Positions 1-9,743 of a DNA stretch of 64,000 nt are shown piece by piece. Source of the DNA: Candidatus Heimdallarchaeota archaeon (lineage in GTDB: Archaea; Asgardarchaeota; Heimdallarchaeia; Hodarchaeales; Hodarchaeaceae). Where the stretch lies: NCBI GenBank assembly GCA_020353515.1, contig CP070695.1, positions 3,424,050-3,488,049 on the forward strand. The letters run 5' to 3'. Under the pieces are notes generated by a model. The model worked only from the letters and a program-made list of their open reading frames with translations, was not told where the DNA came from and ran no database searches. The position numbers and the translations under genes were made by a program. Position 1 is the first letter of the stretch. Every line of letters begins with the position of its first letter.

Positions 1-2
1 GG

Positions 3-989
3 TTAAAAAAGTATGATGATCAACTCAAATCTAAGCAGATAATTTCCGTTTTTAATCTGGATATGGTGGGAGAATCTCCAAAGATAATCGGGGCACCTTT
101 GACAATAAATTGTCCTAGCTGTGCCACTCCTTCATACCTTAAGGCACTTCTGAATATTGCTGCAAAATACGTATCTGAACACAAGCCAATTTACGACGAA
201 AAAGGACGAATTTATCAATTAAATTATCGATTGAAACCATTCGCAGGTGGAAGTGATCATCTAATATTTAATGATAAATATTTTTCCATTCCGAGTGTGA
301 TGTTCGGACATGAGGACCCCTTTCATCATTCTAGTGCTGATTCTATTGATAAAGTCGATCCATTTGAATGTAAAAGTGTTGCAACTATAGCAGGATCTGT
401 TGCATTTAGTTTGGCTTCCTGTAATAACCAATTCCTTGAAGAACTACTCTATTTCGTATTTTTAGAAGGAGTAGGTGACATGCTAAAACATGAATTAAGT
501 GTAAATCAAGATAATTGCTTAGTTTTTCAGAAAAAAAGGAAGTTAGAATTACTCGAGAAGTTAATTTTACAACGAATGGAAAGTATCTTAGAATTAAAAC
601 CTGGAAACAATTTCCAAGAAAAATTGGTTTATTTTTCTCAAGCAATTAAAGCTCATTTTTCTCAAATACAGATTAAAACAGAATCGAAGGAAACAAAGGA
701 AGATATAGCTAAAATAAAGATAAAACGAAATTATTTAGGACCAATATCTTATAAGAAGCTAGATAAAGCAGATCGCTCAACAAAAGATAAGAAAATCTTT
801 CAGACCTTAGCAAAGGAATATTGGGGAGGTATTCCTCTAGAACTACTTAACTTGGCAGATGGAGTTTTAACAATAGAAGAAATTTTCCTGATTCTCAACT
901 TACATTACCCAAATGTTGAATTAGATAGTTTGATATCTCTAATTAAACTGTTTCAAAAAGAAGCGATTCTTGTCGAGGTTCTAGATTGA
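3..989 (+). CDS. M28 family peptidase / DUF4910-like protein, 5'-truncated by window edge
   Basis: Frame is open from base 3 (LKKYDDQLKSKQIISVFNLDMVGE), giving the M28 NLDMVG motif; also GGSDH and HHSSADSIDKVD motifs and a C-terminal wHTH-like segment. Confidence 0.75.
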   Translation, partial: LKKYDDQLKSKQIISVFNLDMVGESPKIIGAPLTINCPSCATPSYLKALLNIAAKYVSEHKPIYDEKGRIYQLNYRLKPFAGGSDHLIFNDKYFSIPSVMFGHEDPFHHSSADSIDKVDPFECKSVATIAGSVAFSLASCNNQFLEELLYFVFLEGVGDMLKHELSVNQDNCLVFQKKRKLELLEKLILQRMESILELKPGNNFQEKLVYFSQAIKAHFSQIQIKTESKETKEDIAKIKIKRNYLGPISYKKLDKADRSTKDKKIFQTLAKEYWGGIPLELLNLADGVLTIEEIFLILNLHYPNVELDSLISLIKLFQKEAILVEVLD

Positions 990-1159
990 TTAAGAGAAAT
1001 ATACTGATCGATACCTCCTCGTTCAATCAAATTTTCTTAACCCCTCTCCTTTTCTAAAATAGTTCACAATTGAAAACAATTTATAAATGTTAAAAACCAA
1101 TTATTCATTGAGTATAATATCTTCAGTACAATCTGGAAAATGTAACAGAGGCTCAGCAG

Positions 1160-1969
1160 ATGGCAACCACAGAACAAATTCTTTGGGGATTATCTTTATC
1201 GTTATTTGCTGGACTTTCTACCACTCTAGGAGCAATTCTTGTCTTCATTATCAAGAAAGATGATTCAAAAATTATTAGTTTATCAATGGGTTTTTCGGCT
1301 GGAGTGATGTTAGGTGTTTCTATTTTTGAATTATTGCCTGAAGCAATTCGAAGGTTAGAGATTTTGACAGCAGGTTTCTTTTTCTTGGTAGGCATGATTA
1401 TTGTAGCTGTAATTGACTTTCTGATACCACATGAATACATGCATGAACATTCATGTGAGGATGATAAAGATGACTTCCTTGTCAAAGAAAAAAGAAATCC
1501 AAACTTAATGAGAACAGGTTTCCTTGTGGCAATCGGAATAGGCATTCATAACCTACCAGAGGGTTTTGTTACAATTACTGGCAGCTTATATTCTCTTGAA
1601 TTAGGGCTTATTCTTGCTATTGCAATTGCTTTACACAATATCCCTGAAGGTCTTTCTGTTGCCATTCCAATTTATGCTGCTTCTAATAATCGTCGTAAAG
1701 CTTTCTTAATCTCTTTTATTTCGGGATTAGCTGAACCAATCGGAGCTTTAATTGGATTAGTAATCCTATTAAGCTTAGGGGTCATTAGTGAGGAAATAAT
1801 TATTATGTCATTGGCTTTTGTTGCAGGAATAATGACCTTTATCTCCCTAGACGAATTACTGCCTACAGCTCATGCAACGTGCAATGAATATGGCAACGAT
1901 ACTCACATCGTCACTGGGGGAATCTTAGCTGGTATGGTTGTTATGCTAATTACTCTAATTTTCCTCTAA
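1160..1969 (+). CDS. zupT: ZIP family divalent metal (zinc) transporter
   Basis: HNLPEG and HNIPEG motifs, His-rich loop HEYMHEH, SGLAEPIGA, DELLPTA; 8 TM pattern. Confidence 0.92.
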   Translation: MATTEQILWGLSLSLFAGLSTTLGAILVFIIKKDDSKIISLSMGFSAGVMLGVSIFELLPEAIRRLEILTAGFFFLVGMIIVAVIDFLIPHEYMHEHSCEDDKDDFLVKEKRNPNLMRTGFLVAIGIGIHNLPEGFVTITGSLYSLELGLILAIAIALHNIPEGLSVAIPIYAASNNRRKAFLISFISGLAEPIGALIGLVILLSLGVISEEIIIMSLAFVAGIMTFISLDELLPTAHATCNEYGNDTHIVTGGILAGMVVMLITLIFL

Positions 1970-2095
1970 ATCGAAGATGAATTTTTATTTCTGTATTTTC
2001 AAGAGATAGTACCTTGCTTTTCTTTTCAATGGAATGAGTTTTTTATAAATAGTCAAGAAAATATCACTTATTTATAAACTGAAAACTATTAAGGT

Positions 2096-2641
2096 ATGAA
2101 TGTAAATAACATATGTGATACAACTATGGCGATTAAATCACTCCAAGAGATACTTAAAGACATCCTTAAAGAAGGTCGGAAGACTCCTGGGGAATGGAAA
2201 ACACTTCTCGCTCCAACTTCTGATCGTTTTGGATCAGATCTACTACTTTTTCATCCTACAACTGGGCCTATTTATCAGGTACGGGCTTACGAAAAGAATC
2301 CTTTTCAAATGACAGGAATGGGGACACGGATCGCTCGCAATGTCGATGAGGATTTTTTAAAGCTTATTAGAAGGAAAAAATCTCATGGAAATTTAGGAAT
2401 TCTTGATCTTGATTATCGCATTATTCGAGAGGCACTAACTGAAGGAACAAAATTAGATCAGATCTTTCTTAATGCTTTAAAAGGAAAAAAAGATCAAGGA
2501 ATAGAGTTTGTTAATCTTGGGGACGCTTTTCGATCTCGAAGTGAGAGACCCCTCCCTCTTCTCACAGATAATCAAAAGAAGTTGGATAAGGAATATAAAC
2601 GTCTTCTTAAGAGAGAAGGGAAGACCTCTATGTATGGTTAA
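2096..2641 (+). CDS. conserved archaeal hypothetical protein
   Basis: 181 aa ORF; DLLLFHP..GPIYQVRAYEKNPF..GMGTRIAR resembles an uncharacterised family recalled from haloarchaea. Confidence 0.6.
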   Translation: MNVNNICDTTMAIKSLQEILKDILKEGRKTPGEWKTLLAPTSDRFGSDLLLFHPTTGPIYQVRAYEKNPFQMTGMGTRIARNVDEDFLKLIRRKKSHGNLGILDLDYRIIREALTEGTKLDQIFLNALKGKKDQGIEFVNLGDAFRSRSERPLPLLTDNQKKLDKEYKRLLKREGKTSMYG

Positions 2642-2807
2642 TTAGTAAACCTATTTTTTCATTAGAATTAAAGACAAGCTTAAAGATAATTACTTTTTCT
2701 GTTGTTATTTATGCTGTTTTTTTTCTTTTAAGGGAGAACTATAGTATAGGTGTCATAGAAAAGTATTCATATATTTGCTATCTAATACCAGTCTTTGAAC
2801 ATAGTGG

Positions 2808-3599
2808 TTGAAAATGTCTTGGTACGACGAGTATAACAATCTATTAGATGATTTCACACGCGCTGTTGAAGATGAGCTTCTGCAATATGTTCGTGGACTT
2901 ATTCTCTATGGATCTTATCAAAAGGAACAGGAAGAACCAGGTTGGATTATTCCTGGGATTAGCGATATAGATTTCATCTTAGTAGTTGACATCGATGACA
3001 TCAATGAAGAGAAACCACCACGAAGGTTAGCAAAAATTGGAGAAGCTTTATCAGTTTTCTTTGTTCATCCTGTTTACGCGCCTATTCTCGATTTACGACT
3101 ACTAGAATATACTGACTTACCAGCAAGAATTGGCATGGGTTTCTCCCCCATTCATGCTATCGCAGCTGCTCAGTATGGGGAAGCTATTCTCGGTAAAAAT
3201 GTTCTAGAGAATTTTACCTATAGTGAGAAATTATTGAACCGTTCTGCGAAAATAATCATAAATCAGGGTTATGAAAGTATTAAGCGTGGCTTTTTACATC
3301 ACGAACTTGGAGTAGAACCTGTTTGTTTTGAATTTGCTGATATAGTTCTAGACATCGCTCATGCAGCTCTAGCTGCGTCTGGAATATTTAATCTGGTTAG
3401 GCCAGAAGTTCCAGAGAAATTTGATCTCCTTTTAGGTGACCAAATAGGTAGTGACAGTGTTGATATTGTTTATGAATCTAAGAAGTGGCGTATGGGTAGC
3501 CAAAAAATGGAACCTTCTGAATTTCTACGTGGATCCCTTAAATTTGCCCAAGCTGTAATAAAACATATCAGAAATCCTTTTAATTCGAAGAATCCTTGA
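2808..3599 (+). CDS. Pol-beta-type nucleotidyltransferase domain protein with helical (HEPN-like) C-terminus
   Basis: LYGS...SDIDFILV NTase signature; C-terminal AHAALAASG helix. Confidence 0.65.
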   Translation: MKMSWYDEYNNLLDDFTRAVEDELLQYVRGLILYGSYQKEQEEPGWIIPGISDIDFILVVDIDDINEEKPPRRLAKIGEALSVFFVHPVYAPILDLRLLEYTDLPARIGMGFSPIHAIAAAQYGEAILGKNVLENFTYSEKLLNRSAKIIINQGYESIKRGFLHHELGVEPVCFEFADIVLDIAHAALAASGIFNLVRPEVPEKFDLLLGDQIGSDSVDIVYESKKWRMGSQKMEPSEFLRGSLKFAQAVIKHIRNPFNSKNP

Positions 3600-3626
3600 A
3601 TTAATTTAACATTTCAGGGAGTAATT

Positions 3627-4763
3627 ATGAACCAAGAGAAGGTTTCATCGATTAACAATAATAATGATTCTAAAGATAAACCGTCAATTTCGAAGATCCC
3701 TTGGGTAAGATCTGATCTTGTTCGTCATAAAAAAGGCCAATACTACTATGAAACTAGTGATCTAGTTATTATAGCCCTTTTCTGCGCGTTAGGGGGAATT
3801 CTTAGCACTTTCGTTGGGTACTTAGGTAATCTTATTAATAGAATTCTTGGAATACCATTTGGTGGGGGGCAAATTTTGGCAGGTCTGCACATTTTTTGGA
3901 TTATTTTCATTTATCTTTTAACAAATCGGAAAATCGGGGTAGCGTTTTTTACTGGTATTGTAAAAGGATTTATAGAATTTTTTTCGGGTAGTGCACATGG
4001 TATCCTAGTTCTTCTGATTTCTGGAACTCAAGGTTTGATAATTGAGATCATCTTGATCCTATTTCTCTCCTCAAACAATAAAATGATTATTTCTTTTGCA
4101 TCTGGACTTGCAAGCACTTCTAACGTATTTATTCAGCAATTAATCTTCTTTAACTCACAGATCCCTCCTCTTTTTATTGCATTCATTGGTGGTTTAAGTT
4201 TTATTTCTGGATTTATCCTTGGAGGAATATTTCCGATTGCCATATATCATCTATTCAGTAAATCTACAATTCTAAATTGGCGTAAAACTCCCAGCTCACC
4301 TCATCACTTGAAATACATCCAATTGTTACGGATTAGTATTATTTTCTTTCTTGTAGTCAGTGAGATTGCAATATTTTCCTTTTTATTGTTTCAAAATCGT
4401 TTTTCGGTTCAAATTACAGGAGATATATACAATCCTTATACTTTTTATCCTGCTGATTTTTTAGATCGTCAGGTAACGATAGAAGCGGAATTAATAGGTG
4501 ATGTGTCATATGAACCTCCTAAAAACTATACAGGTGTTCCACTCTATATCATAATTGAAGCTGCACAACCAGTTTCAGAAATTTTCCTAGTAAAAGTAAT
4601 TGCATCAGATGGTTATTTTATTGTACTTAGTTCTACCGAGATACAGGAAAATCCTTCGTTAATACTCACGATGGAGCCTACAGGTCTTCGATTAATCGCT
4701 AAAAATTTACATGGAAGCTATTGGGTTAAAAAAGTCAATCGTATCGCAATCGAGGGAAATTAA
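3627..4763 (+). CDS. ECF transporter substrate-binding (S) component fused to a sulfite-oxidase/molybdopterin-binding-like domain
   Basis: N-terminal hydrophobic S-component (DLVIIALFCALGG), an extra TM, then ITGDIYNP..YTGVPL..ASDGY..LRLI..WVKKV; upstream of ecfA and ecfT. Confidence 0.7.
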   Translation: MNQEKVSSINNNNDSKDKPSISKIPWVRSDLVRHKKGQYYYETSDLVIIALFCALGGILSTFVGYLGNLINRILGIPFGGGQILAGLHIFWIIFIYLLTNRKIGVAFFTGIVKGFIEFFSGSAHGILVLLISGTQGLIIEIILILFLSSNNKMIISFASGLASTSNVFIQQLIFFNSQIPPLFIAFIGGLSFISGFILGGIFPIAIYHLFSKSTILNWRKTPSSPHHLKYIQLLRISIIFFLVVSEIAIFSFLLFQNRFSVQITGDIYNPYTFYPADFLDRQVTIEAELIGDVSYEPPKNYTGVPLYIIIEAAQPVSEIFLVKVIASDGYFIVLSSTEIQENPSLILTMEPTGLRLIAKNLHGSYWVKKVNRIAIEGN

Positions 4764-4871
4764 CTAAAACAATCAGTTATGTCATTAGGTTATTAATGTA
4801 GTGACTTTGAGTTCATAAAAAAGGCTGATTTCTAATGAATCAAAAGGTATAATAATGCCTCGACTGTATTA

Positions 4872-6380
4872 GTGATCAATTTGAACTCTCCCATTATTCA
4901 AGTTCAAAATCTGTCATTTTGGTATCAAGGGTCTAAAATTTCTGTATTAGAAGATATTAACTTAGAGTTCAACAAAGGAGAGATCGTTTGTATATCTGGT
5001 TCAAGTGGTGGAGGAAAAACAACTTTAGCATTAGCACTCACAGGTCATATTCCTCACACTATAGCAGGTAATTTAAAGGGGGAGATTCTTTTCCATGGGG
5101 TACCAAGTTCAGGACTTTCTATTACAGAAATCAGTCAGCTTATGGGTTTTGTACAACAAGATCCAGAAAATCAGTTAGTTACGCCTACAGTTTATGAGGA
5201 AATAGCTTTTGGCCCTGAAAACTTATCTATAAGTAAGGAGGAGATATTTAATCGTGTTCAGTTTGGTTTGAACACAATGGACTTGACTTTACTTGCTTCA
5301 AGGTCCACAAATGAGCTCTCTGGTGGAGAGAAGCAACGTGTTGCTGTTGCATCCATACTTTCTATGTACCCCAAAGTTCTAGTTCTCGATGAACCAACAT
5401 CCTCATTAGATGTTCAAAGTATCCAAAAACTTCTACTCGCGTTACAGGAGTTGAATCAAACCAAAAAGATGACAATCATTATCCTTGAACACAAACCTTA
5501 TTTATTCAAAAAATTAATTGATAGAATAATCGTTCTCGAACAGGGGAGAATTATTGAGGAATTAAGGAAACCTAAAATCAATTTTAACCGTTTAGAGGTT
5601 CCTCGGAAAGTTCTTCAAGATATTCAACACATTCAGACAGAAAAAAAACCTCAAAATATCTTGGATGTTCAGAAGCTCTATATTACGTTGAAAAATCGTG
5701 AAATATTGAAAAAAGTGTCCTTAAAATTAAAGAAAGGGTTAATTTATGCAATTGTTGGTCCTAATGGAGCTGGAAAAACAACATTACTTCACTCTTTCCT
5801 TAATATAGTTCCTAATAATGGAACTGTTTTATTAAATGCCAATAAAATATCAAAAATCCCCATCCATAAACTAGCCAAAGATATCGGGTTGATTTTTCAA
5901 AATCCAAATCATCAGATCTTTGAAAAAACTGTGATTGACGAAATGACTTTTGCTCCCAGAAATTTCAAGCAATCCCTTAATGAGACTCTTCTAAGAGCAA
6001 ATCAACTATTGAAAGATACAAATCTAGATTCTTACGTGAAGGTACCCCCTTTTAGTCTAAGTTTTGGTGAAAAACGACGTTTGAACATTTGCTCAATATT
6101 AATTTACAAACCAGAGCTTCTGTTACTTGACGAGCCATTTATAGGGCAGGATCGCGAAAATATTGAATTTTTACTTCATCTTTTGAAAGAACGGAAGTTA
6201 AAGGGAGGTACAACTGTAATAATTTCTCATAGGAGAGAACTTTGTGATCTAGTAGATTATTTTTATGTTTTGAAAAATGGTGAGATTATCACCCAAGGTA
6301 CACCAAAAGAGATGATTCCTTTTTTGAATGAAAACGAGATTCTCGATTCTTCTATAGATGTGAAGTTTAATGCAAGATAA
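4872..6380 (+). CDS. ecfA: ECF transporter duplicated ATPase
   Basis: Two ABC domains: GSSGGGKT/QDPENQ/LSGGEKQR/LDEP and GPNGAGKT/QNPNHQ/LSFGEKRR/LDEP. Confidence 0.9.
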   Translation: MINLNSPIIQVQNLSFWYQGSKISVLEDINLEFNKGEIVCISGSSGGGKTTLALALTGHIPHTIAGNLKGEILFHGVPSSGLSITEISQLMGFVQQDPENQLVTPTVYEEIAFGPENLSISKEEIFNRVQFGLNTMDLTLLASRSTNELSGGEKQRVAVASILSMYPKVLVLDEPTSSLDVQSIQKLLLALQELNQTKKMTIIILEHKPYLFKKLIDRIIVLEQGRIIEELRKPKINFNRLEVPRKVLQDIQHIQTEKKPQNILDVQKLYITLKNREILKKVSLKLKKGLIYAIVGPNGAGKTTLLHSFLNIVPNNGTVLLNANKISKIPIHKLAKDIGLIFQNPNHQIFEKTVIDEMTFAPRNFKQSLNETLLRANQLLKDTNLDSYVKVPPFSLSFGEKRRLNICSILIYKPELLLLDEPFIGQDRENIEFLLHLLKERKLKGGTTVIISHRRELCDLVDYFYVLKNGEIITQGTPKEMIPFLNENEILDSSIDVKFNAR

Positions 6381-7158
6381 TCTACTACAAGAGTTTTTAA
6401 CAAAAGGTCACATTAGTGGTACAAACCCACTTGTGAAGTTCCTTGCAGTCATTGTTGTATCAATAACTCTTTTTGGAACATCTAATTTGTTTAAAATCTA
6501 TTTTATCGTTCTTATCATCATCTTGGTTTATATTTTTGGTAAATTACCCTTTGAAGTTGCCAAACCACGGTATAAAATGATGTTTCTCTTTTCTTTTACT
6601 ATTTTTTTCGTTCAAATCCTTTTTGTTCACGGAGGGAATTTATTCTTTTATCTAATACCATTACAACTCGGTGAACACGGTCCTTTCTTCCCTATATACG
6701 AACATGGATTCTACCAGGGATTAATTTTAATAGGACGTTTTTGGGGTTTGATTACTATCAGTTGGTTATTTATTAATTCAACTAATCCTTTTGCTTTCGC
6801 TCAATCATTGACAAAAATCGGAATTCCTTATCGTTTTGCGTTTTCTTTGTCTCTTGCACTACGTTTCGCTCCAGTTTTTAGTACAGAAACAAATATTGTT
6901 CAAAATGCACAACAAGCAAGAGGGCTTAATGTTAATCCTAACAATCTAAAAGGAATTTTCAATCTCCTCAAGCATACCTTAATTCCGATGATTGGTTCAA
7001 CATTAAATCGGATTCGTGATATTACAATTAGTATGGATGGACGAGCGTTCGGTAGTTATACAACAAGAACCTATATCAGAGAAATTCCCTTCACTTTACT
7101 TGATGGGTGTAAACTGATAGTTTTACTTTGTTTATTGTTCATTTTAAGCATTCTTTAA
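6370..7158 (+). CDS. ecfT: ECF transporter transmembrane component T
   Basis: LALRFAP, AQQARG and SMDGRAF motifs; overlaps the ecfA stop. Confidence 0.9.
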   Translation: MQDNLLQEFLTKGHISGTNPLVKFLAVIVVSITLFGTSNLFKIYFIVLIIILVYIFGKLPFEVAKPRYKMMFLFSFTIFFVQILFVHGGNLFFYLIPLQLGEHGPFFPIYEHGFYQGLILIGRFWGLITISWLFINSTNPFAFAQSLTKIGIPYRFAFSLSLALRFAPVFSTETNIVQNAQQARGLNVNPNNLKGIFNLLKHTLIPMIGSTLNRIRDITISMDGRAFGSYTTRTYIREIPFTLLDGCKLIVLLCLLFILSIL

Positions 7159-7214
7159 ACAACAAATGACAGAAATAAAGGTTTTTAAAATATTGTAAAA
7201 TTAGTGATTTAATA

Positions 7215-7952
7215 ATGGCTCAAGATCGTTTTTACTCTGAAAAACCGTTGGTTCATCAGCATATCGTTCTTATAAATATCTCAGAGCTATATGGTCATGA
7301 AGAGATCGTGCAAACGCAAGTAGAGTGGTTAAAAGACAACTTAAAAAAACTTGGATATTTTTTCCGTCCGATCTTAGTAGCTAAGCACGAAAAAGTCATT
7401 CTTGACGGTCATCATCGAGTGGTTGCGCTTCAGGAAATAGGTGAAGAAAAGGGGGTAAAAACAATAAAGATTCCATGTGTTGAGATTGAATATGTTGACA
7501 ATCCTGATATAACACTCGGAACTTGGCATCCAATTTATACTGGAAAAGGATCCTTTAGCTTTCCAGATGAAATCAATAAAATTGGGATAGAATGGGAAAA
7601 AGTAGAATTATTTTCCCCGGCTCTATTGAATGTTCCAAAATTCGGTTTTACTCTCAAAACGAATGATGGTTGTTATTTCTGCTTAAAAGGAACTCAACAA
7701 GACATTTACAAGAAGTTTCTCAGCCATTTCGAACCTGAGGCCTTCGATTATGCGAAAACACTTGATTATGCTATACAATCGGTTGAAACTGGTAAAGGAA
7801 CATTTGCGCTTCTACGAACACGAGTCACAAAACAGGATGTCATCAGATCAGCGAAAAGTGAGAAACTTTATGCACCTAAAACAACACGTCATATTCTCTC
7901 GTTTCGATATCAGGATATTAAAGTTCCCCTAGAAAAATTATTTCAGTCATAG
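7215..7952 (+). CDS. serK: free serine kinase SerK-like (ParB/Srx fold)
   Basis: HEEIVQ, ILDGHHR, TWHP, TKQDVI, PKTTRH and KVPLEKLF are colinear with Thermococcales SerK motifs; similar length. Confidence 0.8.
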   Translation: MAQDRFYSEKPLVHQHIVLINISELYGHEEIVQTQVEWLKDNLKKLGYFFRPILVAKHEKVILDGHHRVVALQEIGEEKGVKTIKIPCVEIEYVDNPDITLGTWHPIYTGKGSFSFPDEINKIGIEWEKVELFSPALLNVPKFGFTLKTNDGCYFCLKGTQQDIYKKFLSHFEPEAFDYAKTLDYAIQSVETGKGTFALLRTRVTKQDVIRSAKSEKLYAPKTTRHILSFRYQDIKVPLEKLFQS

Positions 7953-7971
7953 TCCTTTGGTGAGATAAAGC

Positions 7972-8559
7972 TTGGAAATCGAATTAATTCAAATTTCCCC
8001 CGTAACTGGAATTATTGAAGGAATGAAAACGTCTCGTCGAAAAGATCATATTGAAAGAATCCCAGAAAAAGTCTTCAATTGGGGACATTGGTCCGTCCTA
8101 GAGCATTCCTCTATGACGGTACGAATTCGAGAGATTAGTAGAGCTTGTACACACCAGTTAGTACGTCAACGAATCGGAGTAACCTTCACTCAAGAATCTC
8201 AACGCTATTTTGATCCATTAAATGATCCTGATTGGTTTATTATCCCTCCGAGAATTGAAAAGAATGAAAGATTAAAGCAGAAATATACTGAAGCTCGGAA
8301 TCGTGAAGCAGAAGAATACAGGTATTATCGTGAGCACAAGATTCCAAAGGAAGATGCCAGATTTTGTCTTCCTAATGCTTGTAAAACTACTGTGACTTGG
8401 ACATTTAACATGAGCAGCCTTATTTGGTTTTTGGAACAGCGTTTGAAAAAAGATGCACAGTGGGAGATTCGAATGCTCGCTCAAAAGTTACATGATCTAG
8501 TGATGACCACTGATTGGAGGGGATTCATGGAACATTGGAAACTAGAAAGCAGAAGGTAA
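7972..8559 (+). CDS. thyX: FAD-dependent thymidylate synthase
   Basis: GHWSVLEH, ISRACTHQLVRQR..QESQRY, EDARFCLP, AQWEIR. Confidence 0.92.
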   Translation: MEIELIQISPVTGIIEGMKTSRRKDHIERIPEKVFNWGHWSVLEHSSMTVRIREISRACTHQLVRQRIGVTFTQESQRYFDPLNDPDWFIIPPRIEKNERLKQKYTEARNREAEEYRYYREHKIPKEDARFCLPNACKTTVTWTFNMSSLIWFLEQRLKKDAQWEIRMLAQKLHDLVMTTDWRGFMEHWKLESRR

Positions 8560-8593
8560 TTAAAAGGAAAAAGAGGAGGGGGAGAAAAAATGA

Positions 8594-9529
8594 CTAGGTT
8601 CTTCTTTTACCGATAAATCTCAAAGCTACAGTGCTAGAAACAACCGCAAGGATCATTATGGGAAGTTCAAATGCATGAGTGACCCCTGGAATAAGACCAC
8701 CACCCAGAGCGCCAAGACTGACTGCTTTATTTTGTAGAAGATATGAATATTCGAAAGAAAATTTATTTGTATCTTCCCCCTTGGCATCTAGCCTTACTTT
8801 TGAGAGTGTACCCCCTTCTGTGAACTCAATTTCCCATTTAAACTCATAGGAATCAAGCTCTTTATATTCAACATCGTCATTATCCCAATAATGCATAACA
8901 CCATCAAATTTGAATTCGCCAAACCACTTATGAGTAGTATCGGTAAATGCATCCAAACCATCTTGTAAATTATTGTCTCCCATAAGTGAAAAGCTCTCTG
9001 TACTATCTTCAAAATCCTCCATGTCAATTGTCACGTCTCTATCACCATCCCAATAAGTATATTCCCAGTCTTCAATATTTTGGACAAGATCATCATTTAT
9101 ATTGTCCCATTCAGGATCAATAAAATAAAGGCCTGATTGTCCCGATATTGCAGTTAAAATAAGATCATTGTCTTGAGTTCGATAGATAGGTTGAAATATC
9201 AAAACATTATAATCCTCGATGAGATCACTATCATATCGAACATCCCTATAGTCTATTGTATTTCCATCCTCATCCCATTTAGTGTAATCAAGTGTGTCAC
9301 TACTAATATCCTCGATTTCATAATTTCGATTTTCTTGGTCAAGAGAATAATATCCGTCTGTTTTGTCACCAGAAATCTCGACTGTTCTCTTAGATGTTCT
9401 TTGCTCTCCAAAGATGATGAAATCACCTTCTTCGAAGTCACGTTCTTGAGCTCCTATAGGTATCGGAACCATTAAGATTAACAAAAAGGTGACAGAACAG
9501 ATCAATCCTATTTTATTTATTCGTCTCAT
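8594..9529 (-). CDS. secreted/cell-surface acidic protein with C-terminal membrane anchor
   Basis: N-terminal signal peptide; Gly-rich linker, FELP motif, TM helix and KRR basic tail. Confidence 0.7.
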   Translation of the reverse strand: MRRINKIGLICSVTFLLILMVPIPIGAQERDFEEGDFIIFGEQRTSKRTVEISGDKTDGYYSLDQENRNYEIEDISSDTLDYTKWDEDGNTIDYRDVRYDSDLIEDYNVLIFQPIYRTQDNDLILTAISGQSGLYFIDPEWDNINDDLVQNIEDWEYTYWDGDRDVTIDMEDFEDSTESFSLMGDNNLQDGLDAFTDTTHKWFGEFKFDGVMHYWDNDDVEYKELDSYEFKWEIEFTEGGTLSKVRLDAKGEDTNKFSFEYSYLLQNKAVSLGALGGGLIPGVTHAFELPIMILAVVSSTVALRFIGKRRT

Positions 9530-9743
9530 AATTAATCACCTTCAATTTTGAATTACTAATCATTTGAGTAACTTTTTTCGATATAGTGATACAAATTAAA
9601 AAAATTATTGTTATTGTAAAAATTTAGCTAGAAGTGCTAAAACCAACGAAATTGAGATTAAACAAACGCTTCCCTAAGATTATTACTTTATATAATTTTC
9701 ATAATCATTACTTATATTGAAAAGACATATTTTTTCTATTTTT

